Positions 8,872 to 17,047 of a DNA stretch of 23,157 bases are shown here, one piece after another. Source of the DNA: Candidatus Iainarchaeum sp. (GTDB lineage: Archaea; Iainarchaeota; Iainarchaeia; Iainarchaeales; JAFCCJ01); NCBI GenBank assembly GCA_043816965.1, contig JBDRHK010000103.1, positions 1 through 23,157 on the forward strand, in the 5' to 3' direction. Numbering within the stretch: position 1 is the first letter of the stretch; each line of letters starts with the position of its first letter. A program made the position numbers and the translations under genes. The notes under the pieces are model-generated. The model worked only from the letters and a program-made list of their open reading frames with translations. It ran no database searches and was not told the DNA's origin.

Positions 8872-9453
8872 CTAGCCCCCACTCAATTGAATTTCCAAAT
8901 CCTTGAAAAAATTAACAATATATTCATAATCGTTTTTCGCCAGATCTTTACTTTCCTTAAGCGCCAGACCCTCATACCTTTTTGTACAGAGCGCAACAAC
9001 ATCCTCCATCGTTATCCTCCCTGCCTCAATAAAAAGAATGTGCCTGTAAACCCCTATTATTCCCAACGCATCCATTTTATCCACATCGTAAAGTATTTTC
9101 GCTTCAAGCAATTTTCTGTTTTCGGCAGGGAAAGTATAATCGTGCTGGGCTATTGCCTCAAGAACTAAGGGGATTTTCTCTTTTGGAAACTCGTGTTTAT
9201 CAAGTATTGGTTTTGCCAACTCAACTGACTTCTCTCCGTGAATCTCCAAACCATAATGCCTTCCCAAATCATGAAGCAAAACTGTGGCAACCATAACCTC
9301 CATATCTCCCTTTAACTTCTCGCAAAGAATCTTTGATTTTGTCCAGACTCTCAATATGTGATCTGTTTTGTGCACCGGGGAAATTTGAGGCGATGTTTCC
9401 ATCTGTTTCTCCATCTCCCCCAAAAGAACAGGATACCATTTTTCCCAAGCCAT
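8872..9453 (-). CDS. HD-domain metal-dependent phosphohydrolase (193 aa)
   Basis: H..DHILRV, LLHDLGR, HGEKS, IAQHD, YDVDKMDALG; start reassigned to ATG 9453 after AGGAG RBS. Confidence 0.9.
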   Translation of the reverse strand: MAWEKWYPVLLGEMEKQMETSPQISPVHKTDHILRVWTKSKILCEKLKGDMEVMVATVLLHDLGRHYGLEIHGEKSVELAKPILDKHEFPKEKIPLVLEAIAQHDYTFPAENRKLLEAKILYDVDKMDALGIIGVYRHILFIEAGRITMEDVVALCTKRYEGLALKESKDLAKNDYEYIVNFFKDLEIQLSGG

Positions 9454-9466
9454 CTGATTACTCCTT

Positions 9467-10804
9467 TCACTTTTTGTAATCTTCAAGTTTAATCTTTTCT
9501 TCTCCAGGGATGTAAGGCCTTGCGAAATCCTTATTTTCTCGGTCAGCAGGAATTGTTGCATCCATTCCAACTCTTGTTGTTTTCTGCCTGTCGCTCCCCT
9601 CAATCTTTGTTCCGCTAGGATCAACCGAGCTACCTTTCAGATACTCCTCAATCACTGCGTCGTTATTTGCCTGAAATCTTGTTGCAATTGCCCATTCCAA
9701 CTGGTCCCGATCATAGATATCAATATCCTCATCGATAACCAGCACATGCTTCAAACTGCTATGTCCTTTGTATGCTGCCTCAATCGCCTTCTTTCCATCA
9801 TCCGCATTCTTCTTCTTTATCTGCACAATCGCCTGCAGCCATCCGCAACCGCCAGGAGTTAGAACAACATTCTTGCATTCGCAAACATTATTCACTTCAT
9901 TGTAAATCGTTGGCTCCCTTGGCATACCCATATACAGCCTGTGCTCGCTAAATCCTGGCAGCAATGCATGGAATAGGGTGTCTTTCCTCATTGTAATTGT
10001 TTCAACAGTAAATACAGGTTCCTCTCGCTTAGGGAAATCATATGTGCCAGTAATATCTACAAAGGGCCCTTCCCCTACCCTTTCCTTCGAACTTAGTTTT
10101 CCTTCCAAAACAATTTCTGCCTCACTAGGCACCGTAATATTTTTCGTTAAGCATTTCACAGTTGGCGTTTCAACAAGTGCATTGGCAATACCCAACTCAT
10201 CCTGGTCGATAGCAACCCTTGTTGCAGAAGCAAGCTGTACTGCAGGATGGGTGCCGATGCAAATAGCGGCATCAATTTCCCCGCCACCTTCATTAAGATG
10301 CTCCATTGTATCCCTTGCACAAACCCTAACAACTAATTTGTTATTTGGCCCATAGAGCATCATCCTATGGGTGGCCATATTCTGCCCCCATTTCTCGTTA
10401 TTCACAAACAAAACACTTGAGCTTAAGTAAGGGCCGCCATCCTTCTCATAATGGGTAAGAATGGGGATTTTAGTTAAGTCAGCGTCCTTCCCTTTCCAAA
10501 CAATCTCTTGACAGGGTGCGTCCTTTACAACTTTTGGCTCCTTGGGATTCTTGATGGCGTCAGCCATCCTAAACAAAAGGTCTTTCTGCTCAACACCTAA
10601 TGCCTCTGCAATAAGCTCTCTTGAGCTTCCAACCCCCCCAACCACAGAAATGTCATGGCCTTTAACATTTGTGAATTTGACTGCTTTGCCTTCAGCACTC
10701 TTTAATATGGCGGCAATCTCAAATTTGGCATCAACTTCTTTCTCTACTATGGCCAATTTTCCTTCCTTCTCTAACTGCTCTACAAAATCTCTCAACCCAG
10801 TCAT
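9467..10804 (-). CDS. ubiD: UbiD-family decarboxylase, probable trans-anhydromevalonate 5-phosphate decarboxylase
   Basis: EKDGGPYL, THRM, EAEIVLEG, EGPFVDITGTYD, WAIATR, SSVDPS, GMDAT motifs; context with AcnX and ipk. Confidence 0.92.
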   Translation of the reverse strand: MTGLRDFVEQLEKEGKLAIVEKEVDAKFEIAAILKSAEGKAVKFTNVKGHDISVVGGVGSSRELIAEALGVEQKDLLFRMADAIKNPKEPKVVKDAPCQEIVWKGKDADLTKIPILTHYEKDGGPYLSSSVLFVNNEKWGQNMATHRMMLYGPNNKLVVRVCARDTMEHLNEGGGEIDAAICIGTHPAVQLASATRVAIDQDELGIANALVETPTVKCLTKNITVPSEAEIVLEGKLSSKERVGEGPFVDITGTYDFPKREEPVFTVETITMRKDTLFHALLPGFSEHRLYMGMPREPTIYNEVNNVCECKNVVLTPGGCGWLQAIVQIKKKNADDGKKAIEAAYKGHSSLKHVLVIDEDIDIYDRDQLEWAIATRFQANNDAVIEEYLKGSSVDPSGTKIEGSDRQKTTRVGMDATIPADRENKDFARPYIPGEEKIKLEDYKK

Positions 10805-11355
10805 TTATCCCACCTCTTAAATTCTGTGTTTTCTATCCCTAAACAGTCCATTATCTTTCCATTAATAAAAGAGAATACGTCCTTAATTTCCTTTGGTTTG
10901 TGATAAAAGCCAGGTGCCAAAGGCATTACAATTGCCCCTGCAAGGGACAATTTATGCATCTGCTCAAGTGCAGGGGTGCTGAGCGGAGTTTCCCTGACCC
11001 CCAAAACAAGGGTTTTTTTCATTTTCAGCACATTATCCGCGGCCCTTGTAAGCAGGGTGCCTGTATGGGCATTTGCGATTTCGCTAGCGGTTTTCACAGA
11101 GCAAGGCACAACAACCATGCCGTCAACCAAAAAACTGCTGGATGAAATTGGGGCATCCATTTCCATATTCCCGAAAGATTTTGTTGCGAGCTTTTTCACT
11201 TCCTCAGAGTCATAATCGGTTTCAATTCCAATCAGCTTTTCAGCCCACTCGCTCATAACCAAATAAGTCTCAATCTTTTTCGCCTTGAGTGCCTTGAGCA
11301 ATTCAACCCCGTACTGGATTCCAGAAGCTCCGGAAATTCCAACAATAATTCTCAT
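10801..11355 (-). CDS. ubiX: flavin prenyltransferase (prFMN synthase)
   Basis: VGISGASG, APISSSS, VPCSVKT, TRAADNVLK, RETPLS, PGFYHKP motifs. Confidence 0.95.
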   Translation of the reverse strand: MRIIVGISGASGIQYGVELLKALKAKKIETYLVMSEWAEKLIGIETDYDSEEVKKLATKSFGNMEMDAPISSSSFLVDGMVVVPCSVKTASEIANAHTGTLLTRAADNVLKMKKTLVLGVRETPLSTPALEQMHKLSLAGAIVMPLAPGFYHKPKEIKDVFSFINGKIMDCLGIENTEFKRWDK

Positions 11356-12299
11356 CAGACTACCCCTTTCCCCAAAGAGGTTTTTGTTGCCTCAAAACCA
11401 GCAGATTCAACAGCCTTTGCGATTTTGTCCTGTGTTTCCCCATCAGGCGCAAGGCATATGACCAATCCGCCCCTTCCTGTGCCGGTTAACTTTGCGCCCA
11501 ACGCGCCATTTTCCTTTGCAACAGAAATTATTTTTTCAACCTCATCACAGCTGACGGTAATTCTCCTCAAAAGTTCTTGATTACTGTCCATCAATTGCCC
11601 CAACTTTTCAACATTACCTTCCTTCAATGCAGCAAGCCCTTCTTCAAAAACCCCTTTATACTCAGCAAAAATTTTATCATATTCGGCAGGATTTTTTTCC
11701 TTCTCAGCCCTTACATCAGCAACAACCTCTTTTGTTTCCTGTGTTATGCCTGTGCTCGCGAGAACAATCTTTATCGGTTCCTTAACCTCAAGCAAATCAA
11801 TTTTGTTCGGCTCCCCTTCCAAATTCTTCTCAAAAACCAGCATTCCTCCATATGTTGAGCAGGTGTTGTCTATTCCGCTAGGGGTCCCCGCACTCCCTTT
11901 CTCCCCTTCATAGGCAACCTCGTTTATGCCATCATCATCCAAACCAAGGGAGAATTCCTCGTTCAATGCTCTTGCAACAGAACTCGCAAGCGCAGCACTG
12001 GCACCTACGCCTGAAGCGCATTTCAGATTCCCAGCAAGAGTTATTTTAAGGGGCGTTTTCTCAACATCAATTTTCAGGAATTTTATAATAAGGTCCAGGC
12101 CTCTCGTTATTTCACCCTGCTTTTTTGTTTTGTATCCTTCAATTGCGGGCCTGTTGTCAATTAATTCCAAGCCCTTTCCCCCCTGCTTCACTTCCGCAGT
12201 AGTGGTGTCAGAAATAGCGGAAGCGATTGCGGGAAGGCCGTAGACAACAAAATGCTCGCCAAAAAGAATAGTTTTCCCGTAACCGGTTCCTTTTCCCAT
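11355..12299 (-). CDS. mvk: mevalonate kinase
   Basis: GKTILFGEHFVVYG, SGVGASAA, TPSGIDN, KLTGTGRGG GHMP motifs. Confidence 0.95.
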   Translation of the reverse strand: MGKGTGYGKTILFGEHFVVYGLPAIASAISDTTTAEVKQGGKGLELIDNRPAIEGYKTKKQGEITRGLDLIIKFLKIDVEKTPLKITLAGNLKCASGVGASAALASSVARALNEEFSLGLDDDGINEVAYEGEKGSAGTPSGIDNTCSTYGGMLVFEKNLEGEPNKIDLLEVKEPIKIVLASTGITQETKEVVADVRAEKEKNPAEYDKIFAEYKGVFEEGLAALKEGNVEKLGQLMDSNQELLRRITVSCDEVEKIISVAKENGALGAKLTGTGRGGLVICLAPDGETQDKIAKAVESAGFEATKTSLGKGVV

Positions 12300-12339
12300 T
12301 TGATTGCCCCCTTAATAAATCTAATAATAGGCTGAACTA

Positions 12340-12744
12340 TTATCCAACCACTTTGAACTTGTAACCGTAAGCGATTGCCCCTTCAGGATCGTTGTCTGAA
12401 ATTTTACGAAAGACTTTTTCAACCTTTGCGCCGAATTTCACCTTTTCCTTTTCGCTGTCCACAATCTGGCTCAAAACCTTCACCTTATTTCCCAATTCAA
12501 TAAGCGCAAGGAAGTAGGGTGTTTCTGTGTCAAATCCCTCTGGGCCGACAAAAACCTCGGTAAAGGAAATTATTTTGCCTTCTCTTGGCATGTTCTTTGG
12601 AACTAATTTCCCTTTTCTCCTGCAGTTTGCGCAAATTGTTCTCGGGGGGAAATATTCAGTCCCGCAGGTCTCGCATTTATTCCCCTCTAAATTGTATCTC
12701 TGGAAGTAGTTCCTCCACATCAATGGCAGTGCTGCATCAACCAT
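12340..12744 (-). CDS. DUF35 Zn-ribbon/OB-fold scaffold of the thiolase/HMG-CoA synthase complex
   Basis: CETCG..YFPPRTICANC, GKIISFT, PYFLALIEL, YGYKF. Confidence 0.93.
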   Translation of the reverse strand: MVDAALPLMWRNYFQRYNLEGNKCETCGTEYFPPRTICANCRRKGKLVPKNMPREGKIISFTEVFVGPEGFDTETPYFLALIELGNKVKVLSQIVDSEKEKVKFGAKVEKVFRKISDNDPEGAIAYGYKFKVVG

Positions 12745-12745
12745 C

Positions 12746-13021
12746 TTAAGCCCTCCTATACCCTGCTGTTGCCGGGCCTACGATTTTTCTTCGCTTCTTC
12801 CGAATTCTCCTCATTTCATCGCCTTGGAGTTTTCCGATCCTTCTTCCAAACAAATCATTGTACCTGCTAATACCTGGTGCATTTCCAAACCCAGCTCTTT
12901 CAGCTTCCAGGTAAAGATTGGCAAATTTGCCCTGTGATTCTCGGGAGCCTGTTTCCAAAAAAACAGCCAATGCCTTTCTTAGTTCTGAACGAAACCATTC
13001 CTCACTATTAATTGGTGCCAT
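12746..13021 (-). CDS. hypothetical basic protein (91 aa) inserted between thiolase and DUF35
   Basis: ORF exactly fills the gap, has an AGGAGG RBS and 1-nt spacing at both ends. Confidence 0.7.
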   Translation of the reverse strand: MAPINSEEWFRSELRKALAVFLETGSRESQGKFANLYLEAERAGFGNAPGISRYNDLFGRRIGKLQGDEMRRIRKKRRKIVGPATAGYRRA

Positions 13022-13034
13022 TCTAAGCCCTCCT
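12747..13034 (-). repeat. 11-bp direct repeat AGGAGGGCTTA flanking the 91-aa ORF
   Basis: + strand TAAGCCCTCCT at 12747-12757 and 13024-13034. Confidence 0.75.
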
Positions 13035-14183
13035 CAGAATATGGATTGCGCAGGTTGCGCCGCTTCCGCCGATATTGTGGGTAAGGCCTATCTCCGCGCC
13101 CTTTACCTGCCTCTTGCCGGCATTTCCCTTCAAATGCTCGTAAATCTCCGCCGCCTGCTTTATTCCCGTTGCACCAACAGGATGGCCTGCTCCCTTAAGG
13201 CCCCCGGAAGGGTTTATTGGAATGCTCCCATTCAATTTAGTTTCCCCTCTCTCAACAGCTGCCCCACCTTCCCCTTTCTTGAAAAATCCCAAATCCTCTA
13301 TTGCGAAAATTTCCGCAATGCTGAAACAGTCATGGACCTCGGCAACATCAATATCCTTTACTCCAATCCCTGCCATCCTATATGCGCTTTCGGCGGCAAA
13401 CTTTGTTGCCGCAAGTTCTGTCAGTTTCTTTCTCCCGGCAAGTGCAAGCGTGTCAGAGGCCTGTGCTGAAGCGATTATTTCAATAGGATTATCAACCAAT
13501 TCTCTCGCCTTTTTGGTTTCGCACAATAATACAACAGCTGCCCCGTCTGAAATCGGCGAGCAATCAAGCAATTTCAAGGGGGAGGCAATATACCCTGATT
13601 TCATAACATCATCAACTGTAATCTCCCTGTGGAAATGCGCATTTGGGTTAAGCATTGCATTTTTGTGGTTTTTCACAGAGCACATTGCCATCTGCTCCTC
13701 AGTGGTGCCAAAATCATGCATATGCCTTCTTGCCAGTAAAGCATAAAGTGCTGGAAATGTCGCCCCATGGAAGAGCTCAGTTTCCTGGTCGCCTGCACCG
13801 CCAAGCGCAAATGCCGCCCTGTCAGTGCTTATCTCAGTCATTTTCTCAACACCTGCAACTGCAACAATATCGTGTGCGCCTGAAGCAACAGAAAGGAATC
13901 CTGCCCTCAAAGTAACACCGCCTGAGGCGCATGCCGCCTCCAGCCTTGTGGATGGGATTGGATTCAGGCCTAATTGGTCGGCAATCAATGCACCAATATG
14001 CTCCTGGCCAATAAACCTTCCTGAAGCCATGCATCCGCCATAGGCAGCCTCAATATCCCCGCCCTCAATTCCGGAATCATGTATTGCCTTTATTCCTGCC
14101 TCCGCTATAAGGTCCCTGAAACTTTTATTCCAGTACTCGCCGAAGCGGGTGAGACCAGCGCCGATTATCGATACACTACGCAC
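13023..14183 (-). CDS. acetoacetyl-CoA thiolase (archaeal acetyl-CoA C-acetyltransferase)
   Basis: EAACASG, AEVHDCF, GHPVGATG, HNIGGSG motifs; start set at GTG 14183 after GAGGTG RBS (14191-14196). Confidence 0.95.
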   Translation of the reverse strand: MRSVSIIGAGLTRFGEYWNKSFRDLIAEAGIKAIHDSGIEGGDIEAAYGGCMASGRFIGQEHIGALIADQLGLNPIPSTRLEAACASGGVTLRAGFLSVASGAHDIVAVAGVEKMTEISTDRAAFALGGAGDQETELFHGATFPALYALLARRHMHDFGTTEEQMAMCSVKNHKNAMLNPNAHFHREITVDDVMKSGYIASPLKLLDCSPISDGAAVVLLCETKKARELVDNPIEIIASAQASDTLALAGRKKLTELAATKFAAESAYRMAGIGVKDIDVAEVHDCFSIAEIFAIEDLGFFKKGEGGAAVERGETKLNGSIPINPSGGLKGAGHPVGATGIKQAAEIYEHLKGNAGKRQVKGAEIGLTHNIGGSGATCAIHILRRA

Positions 14184-15332
14184 CCTCAGCCACCTCATAA
14201 AAACTATTTGGATCTAATTTATTTTCAAGAATTAGTTTTCTTTCCTGAATGGTAGTATGTGGCGGACAAAACCCAAATTTCTTCCATACTAAATATTTTG
14301 TCATATGTTTTGGATTCCGAAAAGAGATTTTATCCATCCATTTTTCTAATTGTTTATAACCTATAATTTTAAGGGCATATTGCTTATTCTTTTCTTTTCT
14401 TATCTCAACTCTTTTAATTGGCTTAAATCCCATTTTCTTAAGTATGCTTGCTGTTTGATCAATTATTTTTTCTGAATTTAAACTCCCAGCTATGTAAGGG
14501 TAATAATGCCTATTCTTATGTTTCTTTTGGAAGGACAAGCTAAAATCAGTATCAAATAATCCTCTAATAAAAGAGCCCTTTATCAACTCGTTTCCAGACT
14601 CAAGAATTTGCGCAGGTATTTCCACAATACTCGCTTTTTTGCCCAGGGGGAATCCCAGGCATTTATTCTTATAAGTGTAGATTGCTTTTGAAGAGGCTAC
14701 AAAACCAAATGTTTTGCCCCCAGATAACTTACGCAATTTTATATCTAGATTATATATTCTTTTGAAAATTTTATGAACATAATCTTTGTAGAAATCTGTT
14801 TCTTGGTTTGCGTCCCCAGCTAAACAGTAAAGATATCCTGTCTTCTTTTTTGCGTAAAGGGAGCCATCTCCAGCATGCCATCCTGCTTCTTCGGCAACTA
14901 ATTCATTAATTTTTTCTGGGATGGTTACTCCCCTAGAAATATCCTGAAGACTAAATTCCACTCCCTTAAAAGAAATTTTTTCTTTGTTACATTTATATTT
15001 CCCAGATTTCCTTTTTAAATCCTCCAAAGAATCAAAATACAAATTTATAATTTTGTGTGATTTATAGCCAGATTTCTTAGCGATTTCTCTAGCAGAAGAT
15101 CTATGTGCCAATTCTTTGGTTGCTTCAATTAGTTTTTCTTGTGGAGATTTTATCTCAATACCAATCGAGCCAAATAGATTCTTTCTTGTCCCAAAATAGT
15201 AATTAATGGCTTTTCTTGATTTAAACCCTGCGTCTTTAGCTATTTTACTCGAAGACGCTCTCAAGCCATTTTTCTTTGCAGAAGATTGTATCAATTGTTT
15301 AGCATTGTCCATAAAATAAGAAGAATTTACGT

Positions 15333-15348
15333 TATTTAAATTCGTTTC
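15333..15348 (-). promoter_or_regulatory. putative internal BRE/TATA promoter of the endonuclease
   Basis: GAAACGAA-TTTAAATA with the TATA starting 28 nt upstream of ATG 15312 (leaderless geometry). Confidence 0.55.
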
Positions 15349-15364
15349 TAGAGGGTAGGTTTCC

Positions 15365-15399
15365 GGTGCCAACTCCCCAATAATGCTTACGCTTCTCAT
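15365..15399 (-). pseudogene. remnant 5' end of thiolase gene
   Basis: ATG AGA AGC GTA AGC ATT ATT GGG = MRSVSIIG, the same peptide as the thiolase start at 14183-14160; GGAGG RBS and ATGA coupling to the upstream gene. Confidence 0.75.
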
Positions 15400-16004
15400 T
15401 TTCTCGTCCTCCAATAAACAAAGCCATAGGAAACTGCAAGAATAATAATCAAATCAACAAAAAATGCAATAAAATCAGGATTGGGACAGGGGAATAAAGT
15501 GGCAAGATTAGAGGCAGGTGGTGGACATACACCATTTACAAGATATTTTAGTGGTAATCCTCTATCAAACTCATTCCCATAAATAAATGGCGAAAGAAAA
15601 TGCAATACCAAAAGTGTCCCAATTGCCAAAGCAATTGCCATCTTCAGCCGTTTTCTGTTATACAGAATACAACTCCATAGATAAGCACTAAAAATCGAAA
15701 AAACAATAAAAAGCCCTAGGTTTAGTGGAGAAGAAAAATATAAATAACTAAACAAGTCAATCTTAAAACTAAATAAAAGTATGTTTAGTATTATGGTGCT
15801 TAAGACCCAAAAAATAAAGAAAACAAAATTTATTATCAGCATACTTGATAAACTCAAAATAACGCATGCCCCATAAGCCGGCTCTCTGCACAAGTCAGTA
15901 TAACTCACTAGAAAAAGGACATTAGCTAAAACAATAATCAAAGCACTAAGAATAATTTTTTCCCGGTTGGGCCTGAAAAATTCCTTCCAATCCATTTCCA
16001 TCAC
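15396..16004 (-). CDS. hypothetical multi-pass membrane protein (about 200 aa)
   Basis: About five hydrophobic segments, two Cys-pair loops; overlaps hmgS stop; AT-rich. Confidence 0.8.
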   Translation of the reverse strand: MMEMDWKEFFRPNREKIILSALIIVLANVLFLVSYTDLCREPAYGACVILSLSSMLIINFVFFIFWVLSTIILNILLFSFKIDLFSYLYFSSPLNLGLFIVFSIFSAYLWSCILYNRKRLKMAIALAIGTLLVLHFLSPFIYGNEFDRGLPLKYLVNGVCPPPASNLATLFPCPNPDFIAFFVDLIIILAVSYGFVYWRTRK

Positions 16005-17047
16005 AAACTCTTCAGTTTCTTCCTGGCAATTACATACTCGGAATAATCAATGTACTCCTTTTTACCAATCATTTCACTCACAGGAAATTTATTCTTGTTC
16101 TTTGCGAGGTTCTTTGTTGCGGTAATGCAGAATGCGTCGCTCCCTGCACCTGAACCATAGCTGATTGCCAGAATTTTATCGCCGGGCTTTGCGACATCAA
16201 GGATTGCCGTCAGGCCAAGCATTGTTGCCCCGCTGTAGGTGTTCCCGATTATCGGTGTGAGGAGCCCGGTTTCAACCTTCTCCTTTGGAAAGCCGAGTGT
16301 TTTTGCTACGCGAAGGGGAAATTTCCCATTTGGCTGGTGGAAAACCGCATAATCATAATCCTCTGCCTTTGTTTTTGTCTTCTTAAAAATCCCCTCGGCG
16401 GCACTTACAACATGCCTGAAATATGCCGGCTCCCCTGTAAATCTCCCTGCATGGCGCGGAAATTCCGCATGCTGCCTTCTCCAGAAATCAGGGGTGTCTG
16501 TTGTAAATGAAAATGTGCAATCCAAGGAGGCGATAATTTCATCCTTTTTTGTCCCGATAATAAAACCAGCCCCACCAGAGGCCGCGGTGAATTCCAAAGC
16601 ATCATTCGGCCTTCCCTGTGCGGTGTCTGCACCAATTGCCAAACCATAATCAATCATTCCTGATTCAGTCATTCCCATAACCATCTGCATTCCTGCAGTT
16701 CCAGCCTTGCATGCAAATTCCAAATCAGCAGCAGTCAATTCAGGCCCTGCATTTATCGCATCAACAACAATGGATGCTGTTGGCTTAACGGCATAGGGGT
16801 GGCTTTCAGAACCAACATAAACTGCGCCTATTTTTTGCGCGTCAATTCCGCAATTTTCAACAGCCCTCCTTGCAATCTCAACAGAAATTGTTGCGCTGTC
16901 CTCATCAAAACTCGCCACGGCTTTTTCCTTGACATTCAGCCCTGCGGAAATCTTTTTCCCGTCCTTCTTCCAGACCCTGGCAATTTCCTCAACAGTAATC
17001 CTTCTTAGGGGAACATATGCCCCATAACCAACAATTCCGGAAGTCAT
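16001..17047 (-). CDS. hmgS: hydroxymethylglutaryl-CoA synthase (archaeal type)
   Basis: GSESHPYAVKP, DLEFACKAGT, DTPDFWRR, FHQPNGKFP, GNTYSG, SYGSGAGSD motifs. Confidence 0.96.
   Translation of the reverse strand: MTSGIVGYGAYVPLRRITVEEIARVWKKDGKKISAGLNVKEKAVASFDEDSATISVEIARRAVENCGIDAQKIGAVYVGSESHPYAVKPTASIVVDAINAGPELTAADLEFACKAGTAGMQMVMGMTESGMIDYGLAIGADTAQGRPNDALEFTAASGGAGFIIGTKKDEIIASLDCTFSFTTDTPDFWRRQHAEFPRHAGRFTGEPAYFRHVVSAAEGIFKKTKTKAEDYDYAVFHQPNGKFPLRVAKTLGFPKEKVETGLLTPIIGNTYSGATMLGLTAILDVAKPGDKILAISYGSGAGSDAFCITATKNLAKNKNKFPVSEMIGKKEYIDYSEYVIARKKLKSL

Larger units (their letters stand above)
14176..15399 (-). mobile_element. free-standing double-motif LAGLIDADG (DOD) homing endonuclease with two N-terminal HTH-like repeats
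   Basis: AEEAGWHAGDGSL and SFIRGLFDTDFSL motifs; AT-richer than the flanking enzyme genes; starts at ATG 15399 (thiolase-like N-terminus) or ATG 15312 (own promoter); stop overlaps the thiolase start by 8 nt. Confidence 0.88.

Noticed and set aside
8344..9168. 274-aa + strand ORF and other antisense ORFs (e.g. 6454-6954, 12918-13469, 13222-13746, 21678-22211)
   Set aside because: They are shadows of well-supported genes on the opposite strand and have no motifs.
9454..9624. N-terminal extension of the HD ORF overlapping ubiD
   Set aside because: A better start at 9453 with an AGGAG RBS removes the overlap; the extension has no domain features.
7300..11355. AcnX as cis-3-hydroxyproline dehydratase and UbiD/UbiX as ubiquinone or aromatic decarboxylase
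   Set aside because: The split two-subunit AcnX, the EGPFVD-type UbiD and the position between mvk and ipk fit the archaeal mevalonate pathway far better.
14176..15414. LAGLIDADG ORF as an intein or bulge-helix-bulge intron in the thiolase
   Set aside because: No N-terminal Cys/Ser splicing block or C-terminal His-Asn; the ORF ends in its own stop in a different frame. No convincing junction pairing was seen, and the thiolase has a complete separate start with an RBS.
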